The position numbers and the translations under genes were made by a program. The notes under the pieces were generated by a model. It did not search any database. It was not told the DNA's origin and saw nothing but the letters and a program-made list of their open reading frames with translations. Below are positions 53,001-59,946 of a DNA stretch of 64,000 nucleotides, piece by piece (position 1 is the stretch's first letter; each line of letters starts with the position of its first letter). The DNA comes from an uncultured bacterium (lineage in GTDB: Bacteria; Omnitrophota; Omnitrophia; Omnitrophales; Aquincolibacteriaceae). The stretch covers positions 74,437 through 138,436 of the forward strand of contig CAYZYT010000002.1 in assembly GCA_964482725.1 (NCBI GenBank), given 5' to 3'.

Positions 53001-56000
53001 CAGGATTCCGGGCACGCGAACGCCTTGTTCGTGCGCTCTGACGGCTATGGAAATCACGAATTTGGCTTTTTTCTCATTATCCGAACCGTATTTCAAAACA
53101 AATTGCCCTGTGGGCGATGTGATCAGCAGGGGCTCCCGCATCAGTGTGCCACCGGGAAGCTTTTTGATTTCTAACTGCTGGGGCGCTGTGACACCCAGGT
53201 CATAGTTTTGAAGCATCGTATCGATCAGCGAATCCGTAGTGACAGGAGCGCTCTGACCTTGCCACCGCTGATAATTTTTGATCACCGATGACGGCTGACG
53301 CCAAAGAGGAACGGTGGGACTCGTGGTAACATTCGCAGCCGTCTCCCGCACTTCGGAGCGGATCGTAATCGCATCGCCGATCTCATGGCTCAACACCCCT
53401 TTATCTGCCAGGATCTTTAACCCGGCTTGAACCAATTTCTCAAAAACCAGAATATCGACAGCAGACTTTACCTCAGCAAACAAGGGGACATCCTCGGTCC
53501 CACCCGTCCGAGAAAGAATGGAGAACTCCCTCAAGCTGAGGTCGGCATTCGCATAACTCAGCGGCTCTTTTCTCTCGACCCCCTCACGCTCAAATCGCTG
53601 GCGAATACGTTTCTCCACGACGCCATGCCACATCCCGCTGATCTGCTCCCATTGAATCAATGGCTGTCCCGATTCTTTCTTTTCAACATACTCGTATGGA
53701 AGCAGCTTTGAAAAACTCAGCATCAGTTGCTCTTCCTGTTCCAGAGTCAGCTTCTCCAACCGCTGCTTCAACTGCGCCAAAGCCGTCGCATCCATATCGG
53801 AGATCTTCTGGACTTCAGGCCATGTGATCAAAGAGCGGCCTTCCACCTCAACACCCTCCGATACGGCATACAGCAAGGCGGCTTGATTGATGACATTAAT
53901 AAAAGTCGAGAATAAAGTGATGTCTTTATCCGCCAGAAAACCGTTCTTATTCTTTTCCTTGGAGATCGGAGTATCCACAATATCGGGTTGGCCGTTGACG
54001 GTCACATAGCCACCTCCGGCTTGCCCCAAGTTACGCCAATTTCCAATACCTACATGGGCAAGACTGTGCTTTGCCATGAAACCAAGCACCCGGTCAAATT
54101 GTTTTTGTCCCAATTGCGCGGTCGGACCGTCCGCTGAACGAAGGATCGAGTAAACTTCGCCCCGCATCAATCCTTGAATGAAGGCGAACATAAAACCCAT
54201 GCCATCCCCATGCCCCAGCACGCTCTCGGGTCTTTCCACGATTTGACCCTCTTTGACGACCCAGACGCGGCTAGTATTGAAGGCGATAGCATCCACGGGC
54301 ACTCGGGCAAGGTTCCCGTTGCGGGCGTTGCGCTCGAGGATCTCATAGGTCGCACCAAGGAAAGGCTTCCAGGTCCAGGGGCTAAGCGTATAGCCAAGAC
54401 GGACAGGGCTTCCATTCCCTGCTAATTTGATAAGATTATCCATGGCGAGTTTGACCCCCGTCCCGCCATCCGTATTCTGATTCCCGTACCAGAAAGCAGC
54501 GAGAGCCCGCGGAAGGTCCGTGGGGACATCGTCTGCATTCATCACGCCAGCATCGATCAACGGCTCCAAGGATGAAAACCAGCGAGTTGCCTTCCCCGCC
54601 GCCAGCAGAACTTCCCTGACTCCTCCACGCCCCGCGATATTCCTGCCGGTTTTCTCAAATTCAGCGAGATCGTTCATTTTGCCGTCCGCCACCCGCTGGA
54701 TCACATCTTCCGGGATATTCAGCGAAACAAGCCGCAAAGCGATCTCGTTCAGTTTAAGCGAAGCGGAAAGACCCAGTTGTTTTTGAATGTCCTCCAGAAA
54801 TGCCGAGCGGCTCAAAAGAAGCGCCTTCTTAAATTCCCAATTCAGCGCTGTCTTCAAAAGCAGTGTCACCGAAAGCAAAGCTTCCGCGAAATCGGAAACG
54901 ACCGCATGACTCACGGGCGTGCCGGCGGGAACAATGCCAAGCTCCTTAATGACATTGAGGACCAAAACAGGATCTTTTCTGAAATCATTCTCGAATTTAA
55001 CCAACGCGTTAAACCGAACCACGGGATCTTTTAACGCCTGCTTCGAATATTTTTCGATCAATCCCTCCAACTCATGGACATTGACCCCCCCGACCTTTTC
55101 AGGCAGGACCATTTGATCGGAAGCATCGAGAGTGAGCGGCAAACCCTCGATCAGTCTCTTTAATATCTGACGCGTCAAATATGTCGAGACGATCCTTTCG
55201 GGTGGATAAAGACTCCATACATCCGCGCGAAGGTCCTGCACCTCCAGTGCTCCAGCATCGTTATAACCGATCTGGGCAGTCTTCATCCGCTTCCCAAGAT
55301 TTTCAAAATTCACGGGATTACCGAATTCATTTTCCGTCACCTGACGGATCTCATCCATGCTCGGCTTCTCCAGTTCGTCCCCAATCTTGAACCAAAGCGA
55401 AGTGGTCCGGTCCGCCAGCGGATTCTCCTTAAGTTTCAGATCCGATAAGAACGGGATCGCGATCGCGGTCTGGATCCCTTTAAATATCTGCAAAAGCGCC
55501 AACTGCCGGTCGTGGACCGGCACATTCCGGCTCGTACGCTCCAACGCCTCGGCCGCGTCCAAAAATTTTGAAATATGTTCCAAAACCTCGCTCTTGACCG
55601 TGGGCCACTCCAAAACATTCATCTCCTGCAGCCTCTTCAGATCCGTGTCGAGCAAGGAAGCTCCTGCTTGCGCTGCAATCCGCACTTCCGAGCGGGATTC
55701 TTTGGCGGCCGAAGCCCCTGGTGCTAGCCACAGATCACCTTCACCCGCGCGCTGTCCTTCGCCCTTTGACCGCTGCCCGTTCTTCTGTTCCCCTCTCGCA
55801 TTACGGGCTTCCACCTGCCCGGCCAAAAGAATGATCCTCTCAAAAACCTTCCGGGCGGCAATATTTCGTTCATCTTCGTTACGGGACAAATCCAGTTCTT
55901 TTGCATATCGCGAAAGAATATCCACAAGATCCAGGTCGCCAGCGACATGGTACAGCGCCGATGACTCTTCGCCTTGCGTGCCCACTGTGGTTTGCATGAC

Positions 56001-59000
56001 CGAACCGAATCGGTCCATGATTCTCAGCCGTTCGGCAGGATCTGAAATCTTCCCAAAAGCTTCCCCGCCGAGGAATGCGCCCAACATCTGGAATAAATTG
56101 CCTCTCAGCGAAAAAGTGACCGGACCGGATACACTCTCCTGGGAATCCTCGTACTCACCGTGGTCAATAATATCCACCGCGATCTCAAAGAATTTATCGA
56201 GCACTTGTTTTCGCTCCGCAGAGCTCTTGATCTGACCGTATCCTTTACCGCTCAATAGCGAGTCGAGTGCGTCAAAAACGCGATAGCTGTATTTAGAGCC
56301 ATACCGATGCATGTCGAAGCGCAGTGAAGCGTCATAGCATTTCGCCAGGATCTGTTTTCGTTCTTCGAGCGCGCTTATCCGGCCAAACCCGCTCCCGGCA
56401 AACAATTGACTGAGTGAACCAAGCGCTTGCTGCGCCTCGTATTCCTCGGAAGACGATACGGCGAATCTACTAACAATATTTTCCACCTGCCGCCGCACCT
56501 CGGCTTGCTGGGCCGCATCCGCGATCGCCAGGAACCAGCCGTAATTTTCCAACACCATGCGAACCTCGGAGCGGGCGGCATCAGGAGCCAATTCACCATC
56601 GATCTTCAGAACATGGGTTTTTTGATCTTGATAAGTCCCGGCGAGAACATAACCGTTCCCGAGATCAAGAAGAGAACCGACCTCTCCTCCAAGCCGTTCC
56701 GCGAGGTCGGCGATCCACTCGATCCCCCCCGTAATAGCCCCCGAGCCGTCCTTCACGGTTTTCACAACATAGGTTTTGCCATTCAACCCGACGAGAACAT
56801 AACCATTTCCGAGATCAAGAAGAGAATCGACATCTCCTCCAAGCGGTCCCGCGAAAGTGTAAATCTTCTTAATCCCCGTAATAGCCCCCGAGCCGTCCTT
56901 TTCGGCTTTCAGAATATGGATTCTTGAATCATCCTCAGTTCCGGCGAGAACATAACCGTTCCCGAGATCAAGAAGAGACCAGACATATCCTCCAAGCGGT
57001 TCCTCGCGGGAGGAGAACCTCTCTATCCCCGTAATAGCCCCCGAGCCGTCCTTCACGGTTTTCAAAACATGGGTTTTACTATCCAGAGTCCCGGCGAGAA
57101 CATAACCGTTCCCGAGATCAAGAAGAGACGTGACACGTCCTCCAAGCGGTTCCGCGAGGGAGGAGATCTTTTCGATCCTCGTAATTGACCCCGAGCCGTC
57201 CTTCACGACTTTCAGAACATGGGTTTTTTGATCATCAAAAGTCCCGGCGAGAACATAACCGTTCCCGAGATCAAGAAGAGACCTGACATTTCCTCCAAGC
57301 GGTTCCGCGAGGGAGGAGATCTTTTCGATCCCCGTAATTGCCCCCGAGCCGTCCTTCACGGCTTTCAGAACATGGGTTTTTTGATCATCAAAAGTCCCGG
57401 CGAGAACATAACCGTTCCCGAGATCAAGAAGAGACCTGACATTTCCTCCAAGCGGTTCCGCGAGGGAGGAGATCTTTTCGATCCCCGTAATTGCCCCCGA
57501 GCCGTCCTTCACGGCTTTCAGAACATGGGTTTTTTGATCTTGATAAGTCCCGGCGAGAACATAACCGTTCCCGAGATCAAGAAGAGACAGGACCCCTCCT
57601 CCAAGCGGTTCCGCGAGGGAGGAGATGGACCTGACGCCGTCCACTTTTTGAAAACGCGATTTCGGAATCACGGCCCCGGGCTTTTTTGCGGCTTCCGCCG
57701 CATCCGAAGAGATCATATCCCCAGTGACCATGGCTTCGTTGCGGATCTCGGAGCGGGAGCCAAGCTGACTGGCGGCGAGCACGTGAGATAACAACGAATG
57801 CGCAAAAACCGAAGAGAGCGCCTGGCTGTTAACTTTCTCGGAACGGATCATGTCAAGTATGAGAGCACGGACATTGCGAGCCCAATCCTGGGTCGCAGCG
57901 GCACCGGTCACAGCAACGCGCTCAGCACGGCCGACGAGACCGAGAAGGGCGGGCATTTGGGAGGTTTCAATATCACGGCTTCCGAGGATCGAGCGGAGAT
58001 ACACTTCTCGATCGTTCTTGGAGACTTCATTAATACGGGGAGTGATCTGGACATAAGAGCAATGCTTGGATGCGGCGAGAGCCTTAAGGCCGTCGGCATG
58101 GAATCCGCCGGTCACGATCACGGCGCGTTGCTGCTTTTGCTCGCTCATTTTCGAGAGAGCATTACGAAACATGGCGTTTTCACGGACAATCGCGGTCTCG
58201 TAAAACTCGACCGCATTCGCGAAAACAGACTGGAGACTAGTGACTGGAGACTGAAGCACCTTGTTTTTAGTCTGTGGTCTCTGGTCTGTGGTCTGTAGTC
58301 CCGCCGCAAGCTCGTCGGGAGAAATACGGAAACTCTGAAGCTCAGCATATTCTTTCCTAGTCAATTCAAGACTAAATAGGCGCCTGAGCAAGTAGAGCTT
58401 GCGAGCGGCGGAAAGATACGCTTTCTCATCCGCCGTCTTGGCGAGTGCGGTCTCGATATTGTCTTTCAGCTTGATCGTTTCTTCCTGCAACCCCTTGCCC
58501 TGGAGTTCCTGCATTAGGATCGTCTGCTGGGCATAGAGCGTCCAGTTGGGCCATTGTTTCATTGAGAAATTCTTGGGAAGCTTCGCGAAGGCCATGTCAA
58601 AGGCCCGACGCACGACGGAATATCCGTCTGCGTCGCGGTTAACGGTTAACGATGAACGGTTAACGTTACGTTCAGCGCTGTTTCGTTCCCCGTTTCCCAA
58701 TGATTGTTCGTTCCCCGTTCCCCGTTCCCCGTTCCCCGATGCCGCCTCGAAGGCATGTATAATTTCCTTCGACATTCCAAGCTTCTTAAGCTCAGCAAGA
58801 AAAGAGGCCTGCTCCGCCGCCGCTTTATCCCGGTCAATTTTCGATCCGATCGCCACCAGGCGGTAGTACCGGATAAGGGACGGATACTGGTCCTGATAAA
58901 AGGCGTCCGAGAGGTCGAGCTTGAGGTGCTTCTTACTCCCCTCACCGAGGGCCTTGAGCCAGCCTTCGAAGGAAACGGTTCCCGAACCAAACGCCTCTTC

Positions 59001-59741
59001 CTGGCGGACGAGGTTCAGGAGATCTTTATTCAGCTTCGATGCGTAACGTTTGTCGATCGTGGCCCGCAAAGAGCCCAGGAACTTCTCCGCGGTTTTTTCC
59101 TTCTTCACGACGCTGATAAATGCTTCACGGTCTTTTTTGTACGAATCGAGGTCTTCCACGCCGAACGCCGCCATGCCGGCGGCGCGTTTCGCGGGGAACG
59201 TGGAACGTGGAACGTTTGCGTTAACCGTTTCCCGTTTCCCGTTTCCCGGTAATTGTTCGTTCCCCGTTTCCCGTTCCCCGATTTTTTGATTTATCAAAAA
59301 ATTCTCCGGCCCCGTCAAATACCCTTCCTGCATCAGCTTATCCGTGACCTTCTGATTGAATGCGGGATTCTCGGGAAAAAGTCGGAAGAGTTCCGGCTGG
59401 AGCTTCGCAGCAGCGCCTTCAAGAAGCATTAATTTGACGGATGAATTCTTCTCGATATAACCGAGGAGTTTCTCAATGTTTTTTTCAGCCTGATAATTCC
59501 CGTGCGCAGATTGAATATGAATGAAGGCCGGAGCTTTCGGATCACCCTTAAGGGTATCTGTCACCTGGCCGAGTTCGGCCGGGATCGAGAGCATTCCGGC
59601 GGGCAATGAAGACACCTCCGGATTGAGCGTGGGCACACCCGTGGCAGCGAATGCATTCGGGCTGATCTGGAGGCTGGTAATAAAGAAGGTAAAAACGACG
59701 GTGGAGGCGATTAACTTCATGCTGGGATGGCGTTGGCTCAT
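44091..59741 (-). CDS. Giant open reading frame (5216 codons, single frame, no stop). It is a mosaic: signal peptide; 8 x 51-aa tandem repeats; UDPGP-like nucleotidyltransferase motif; APH/choline-kinase-like kinase; HD domain; TM + HEAT repeats; duplicated lipoprotein-like module. It may be a true giant gene, or several genes bridged by stop-free simple repeats.
   Basis: Uninterrupted frame from ATG 59741 (AAGGA RBS, MKLIASTVVFTFFITSLQISPNAFAA signal) to TAA 44091, followed by a terminator. Recognisable motifs all lie in this one frame: HGDVKMGNVLWNE...LLDWE (APH Brenner motif), VLGHGDGMGF (UDPGP), VLFHDIGIGKK...HEDIGAAA (HD), HEAT/PBS-lyase repeats VRALGELNDPRIVPAL. See the findings for caveats. 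Confidence 0.5.
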   Translation of the reverse strand: MSQRHPSMKLIASTVVFTFFITSLQISPNAFAATGVPTLNPEVSSLPAGMLSIPAELGQVTDTLKGDPKAPAFIHIQSAHGNYQAEKNIEKLLGYIEKNSSVKLMLLEGAAAKLQPELFRLFPENPAFNQKVTDKLMQEGYLTGPENFLINQKIGERETGNEQLPGNGKRETVNANVPRSTFPAKRAAGMAAFGVEDLDSYKKDREAFISVVKKEKTAEKFLGSLRATIDKRYASKLNKDLLNLVRQEEAFGSGTVSFEGWLKALGEGSKKHLKLDLSDAFYQDQYPSLIRYYRLVAIGSKIDRDKAAAEQASFLAELKKLGMSKEIIHAFEAASGNGERGTGNEQSLGNGERNSAERNVNRSSLTVNRDADGYSVVRRAFDMAFAKLPKNFSMKQWPNWTLYAQQTILMQELQGKGLQEETIKLKDNIETALAKTADEKAYLSAARKLYLLRRLFSLELTRKEYAELQSFRISPDELAAGLQTTDQRPQTKNKVLQSPVTSLQSVFANAVEFYETAIVRENAMFRNALSKMSEQKQQRAVIVTGGFHADGLKALAASKHCSYVQITPRINEVSKNDREVYLRSILGSRDIETSQMPALLGLVGRAERVAVTGAAATQDWARNVRALILDMIRSEKVNSQALSSVFAHSLLSHVLAASQLGSRSEIRNEAMVTGDMISSDAAEAAKKPGAVIPKSRFQKVDGVRSISSLAEPLGGGVLSLLDLGNGYVLAGTYQDQKTHVLKAVKDGSGAITGIEKISSLAEPLGGNVRSLLDLGNGYVLAGTFDDQKTHVLKAVKDGSGAITGIEKISSLAEPLGGNVRSLLDLGNGYVLAGTFDDQKTHVLKVVKDGSGSITRIEKISSLAEPLGGRVTSLLDLGNGYVLAGTLDSKTHVLKTVKDGSGAITGIERFSSREEPLGGYVWSLLDLGNGYVLAGTEDDSRIHILKAEKDGSGAITGIKKIYTFAGPLGGDVDSLLDLGNGYVLVGLNGKTYVVKTVKDGSGAITGGIEWIADLAERLGGEVGSLLDLGNGYVLAGTYQDQKTHVLKIDGELAPDAARSEVRMVLENYGWFLAIADAAQQAEVRRQVENIVSRFAVSSSEEYEAQQALGSLSQLFAGSGFGRISALEERKQILAKCYDASLRFDMHRYGSKYSYRVFDALDSLLSGKGYGQIKSSAERKQVLDKFFEIAVDIIDHGEYEDSQESVSGPVTFSLRGNLFQMLGAFLGGEAFGKISDPAERLRIMDRFGSVMQTTVGTQGEESSALYHVAGDLDLVDILSRYAKELDLSRNEDERNIAARKVFERIILLAGQVEARNARGEQKNGQRSKGEGQRAGEGDLWLAPGASAAKESRSEVRIAAQAGASLLDTDLKRLQEMNVLEWPTVKSEVLEHISKFLDAAEALERTSRNVPVHDRQLALLQIFKGIQTAIAIPFLSDLKLKENPLADRTTSLWFKIGDELEKPSMDEIRQVTENEFGNPVNFENLGKRMKTAQIGYNDAGALEVQDLRADVWSLYPPERIVSTYLTRQILKRLIEGLPLTLDASDQMVLPEKVGGVNVHELEGLIEKYSKQALKDPVVRFNALVKFENDFRKDPVLVLNVIKELGIVPAGTPVSHAVVSDFAEALLSVTLLLKTALNWEFKKALLLSRSAFLEDIQKQLGLSASLKLNEIALRLVSLNIPEDVIQRVADGKMNDLAEFEKTGRNIAGRGGVREVLLAAGKATRWFSSLEPLIDAGVMNADDVPTDLPRALAAFWYGNQNTDGGTGVKLAMDNLIKLAGNGSPVRLGYTLSPWTWKPFLGATYEILERNARNGNLARVPVDAIAFNTSRVWVVKEGQIVERPESVLGHGDGMGFMFAFIQGLMRGEVYSILRSADGPTAQLGQKQFDRVLGFMAKHSLAHVGIGNWRNLGQAGGGYVTVNGQPDIVDTPISKEKNKNGFLADKDITLFSTFINVINQAALLYAVSEGVEVEGRSLITWPEVQKISDMDATALAQLKQRLEKLTLEQEEQLMLSFSKLLPYEYVEKKESGQPLIQWEQISGMWHGVVEKRIRQRFEREGVERKEPLSYANADLSLREFSILSRTGGTEDVPLFAEVKSAVDILVFEKLVQAGLKILADKGVLSHEIGDAITIRSEVRETAANVTTSPTVPLWRQPSSVIKNYQRWQGQSAPVTTDSLIDTMLQNYDLGVTAPQQLEIKKLPGGTLMREPLLITSPTGQFVLKYGSDNEKKAKFVISIAVRAHEQGVRVPGILKNRKGEYLVEAGGLYYYVEQFIPGGRTIAYEDAQPRHFEQLGKVIAQLHNALSGFTPEGEKHERLAIDITTAEGDLRALKNTLEQNPGRNSRGEKLFREHADFILAEIEVLKTKLSLEQYHSLPSVAVHGDVKMGNVLWNESGSDVKALLDWERSREGQARIEDFKNVFSSAAGFSRLRVRAYDRENLKALLSGYQQEIAQKLTAEELDAIPSLLGPGAFLWDLARLFVSFGDTLNTSDDRYGIAVESIKKLQSIDNDFQGAWWKSFKQELLQTSIAKRSEVQGTQTTDYRLQTTDSSVERGTGNEKLGVNRSSLTVNRGVRRALMLFGAAAVMGLAGCEQGGSSDNDAEESQPTDSPAVTSDGNGSGSSEPAVPSAEEASFLAARSSASAMNSFILSYIAARGYAEGREGWSEGVAPWYSGPANGNRSYGEFTREFSDANLAKLVTYGQLIRVVSPSGTAAVGASVLKTGIAKRAEVRAEEKKAGADTFGNLVSLPWVLNGVLLPGKTPDFHTELLGEIRSAKTVADLEGARFSGSIEEKEQKTKIFQTAFSRISSENLLVRDMYFSQGQGPGKIKAIRFGRNINMTNNVAAKADPLWVAGGYDPAGEAMVLAESVLGAGKLASDGAVAGAGLFTRGLLYQGALQAFLSLRPTKGKGVSEELFLTEQVFVLMNVLDYMVGQNGTFETMRKDYLPLMEKNAVFHPSVRILIEKYSKDHLDPKESLKALREYVGTLYGKVQAPVVDMEALIELFGAMGDHYLSIGDYKNATHAFVKALAYDDAMDSDSTRRKELTLKLENAVNLFHKNLPADKRGTFVAQWLSAKENLDGFWRALNDVTLLSELAFVPEATVTTSSRYDQLKTTYDILSHLEAYSSRREDSRKIQEFFDGRRAMDIQPGKLHTESVRKLIDAYGVVETNDYTDKKSQPLKKILWLTAFLQHYARLFQNDEATDSWKILPQFLKVFSNLFNDEEKDLVYSLVTLQRNFSTLHFGEGSPTSLRESVDNMFKQRKSVEEQQNEGPSAQKEQGIDPVEQKESEMEKIYIDRSHPDFARKEVPEKLREALDFEGPGTLVNRLERLFDNGTMAAWFPRFGRGIPKKDVSGNRILKNVFTKYEDTSVSEHTLELVGYLEMIEKGQFDEFNKKKQGIKFTREQFELYRNAFQEIIRYGTGGDKAKEAQRRVLFYLAVLFHDIGIGKKANFHEDIGAAAIREQQIFETMGYPAEDAKEVFWLVKFHVELGTVEYGERTTYNLLTSLKEQLAGLPDAGQTRYLRTLAFLNSLDVLATQKGEPMSVDKLHFFINVLTDDNFIANFEKGFFEWRMRKFSSNRQSSYFKAVYDEVQAELKKLEDQSPKEYKNFRDFYSKAEEARTLDYAIFFLQSLEPGALVRLLFFLSQAVEQARKADEFKDIHRINFTAASGAAPLSKEAVEVMFSSKQLGSYRSISQLTKKPFADIVKEMKTLGLKIERTTSNGQQAFVFDNGRLSNRYRYFKIAALQSATYVLSRNVRVATDIHIKNFAFMQELSKSSYFVNIEKYWPVVRLVDAFMGNGKEAISVEHAWEEYSDPNLLRATEEKIKHLATTDPKKAHEVAQVLSELNDIKRQGDLDGFTHFMETVNFRNAIFNFRKLKATDPRSVVRLLYMLYLAGHDVNIINFFVAADRVEPDTKYAGVYNRILQGLADHNIKAIKQLSKNKDPFRAFSRMLGLAKDGITLNKSVVQNVLTVNYEPPRAASHRASRAELRSKQTTDYRLQTTDSSVERGTGNEKLGVNRSSLTVNRGVRRALMLFGAAAVMGLAGCEQGGSSDNDAEESQPTDSPAVTSDGNGSGSSEPAVPSAEEASFLAARSSASAMNSFILSYIAARGYAEGREGWSEGVAPWYSGPANGNRSYGEFTREFSDANLAKLVTYGQLIRVVSPSGTAAVGASVLKTGIAKRAEVRGTQTTDYRLQTPVKASSLQSPVSRLLSTAFLAGTVRAELLGDQKRNLMLGTIYPFLPSVALLGVAAVAVYFGLNWEGVPFTQEPSLISGSGLFLGLLGGEGAQYDRAEYMRASEEQEARDSRSSSDISYPLVINETRADEKQFQKALSNLQPKWWDGTFLGVPIVNNQGGADRRVVAVRALGELNDPRIVPALNIALHDTAKVVRLAAVSALRGHKSIPGIVTAFNDAEVDVRLAAIAALVDLNAQEELGKAIPEIVKALTLEDKESRAVAISALRAINALSELGKQLNNEYPDVRRAAVTALGDTKDVNAVPALVESLKDRSISDAVAAALVKIGDPRSSEALTSYKEQLAREAAERLERERQAAEASPSSSDDDKDRGYWEGIGPGNRSEVRLDRSAAGVPGTAQVDAVLAIRAELSEPYQAVQEVMKAARLKWHSMDGQHWTVERGWETVATDVSGLIKKVLPQLTTLEEILASGARVHGIFREDWGLEASYVFSSVEKLYADRIVKIAPKELKSLTTTEKVYASWVRVAGVSTGIALSEPVEALYASRIQETERLKSFTTTEEVLASLERVRKILGGSALSYPVTVLYIERIGEIAPEELKAFTIPEEVNAAWFRLKGFLPGLPKDSFFGVRSSATSPVRRLYADRFQALENLEKERSKRADGLRSRWESLSGQVIGKFLSGQALDAKLRLQLDEIRTEIASRLAELHDRLNGLDGNALGIDEMPSQDERLRKIDQESRRVADEIAMLDLLQGEITARSEVRTYETPVIPLVPGVDTTSLTAKVGTAIRVAANTVSPLLSSSTAYASEIAPLVFAGTVHYQAAPVVPPAFATRWPVFNEIISHFATASTGRMVIDQRQGVPDAASVLPLVTFALYNPKDGVVLALIAEASEVALFEKELSALNLKGVLPQNFKVQAFASENEFVGAFAEFYNAAAPVGKPVALITDRQDSVVTRKIGSRKQLLSVVGARDPLKQTASALLAADKLLNEAIWSMGYHFVSVEKLGGLEALMAELTSYIAAQVRVKASA
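47190..47768. repeat. Copy B of the 578-bp segmental duplication, ending in [GGTTAAC]n [CGTTCCC]n [TCTGTAG]n heptamer tracts
   Basis: See copy A; the heptamer blocks lie at 47643-47768. Confidence 0.85.
51569..52145. repeat. Copy A of a near-exact 578-bp segmental duplication inside the giant ORF (copy B at 47190-47768)
   Basis: The plus-strand shadow ORFs 47437-47757 and 51814-52134 are identical over 106 aa. Flanks diverge after a few mismatches at the 5' edge. Offset about 4378 bp. Confidence 0.85.
56570..57650. repeat. Tandem array of eight 153-bp (51-aa) repeats inside the giant ORF (SSLAEPLGGxVxSLLDLGNGYVLAGTxxDxKTHVLKxVKDGSGAITGIEKI)
   Basis: The unit ...GCGAGAACATAACCGTTCCCGAGATCAAGAAGAGA... 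recurs every 153 bp (for example at 57400 and 57553) with high nucleotide identity. Confidence 0.75.
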
Positions 59742-59946
59742 TGAAGTGTCCGTCCTTTTCTTTTTCTGATTTTTAAAACCATATATTCAACTCCAAATAG
59801 ACTTTATTAACTTCTTTAGAATAGCGTCTAATGCCAAAAAGGTAACATGCGTTTTCTCTCTTGGCAAGCTTGTTGGAAGAAATACTTTCCCCACCAGACT
59901 AGGGATTAATCCCCCACCCTTAATGCCGGGGGCGGCGGTAGGAGAG

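Noticed and set aside
59742-59946. Sigma54 or sigma70 promoter for the giant ORF
   Set aside because: TTGCCA-N17-TACCTT and TGGCAT-N5-GCTAT are both poor matches to consensus, so no promoter was called.
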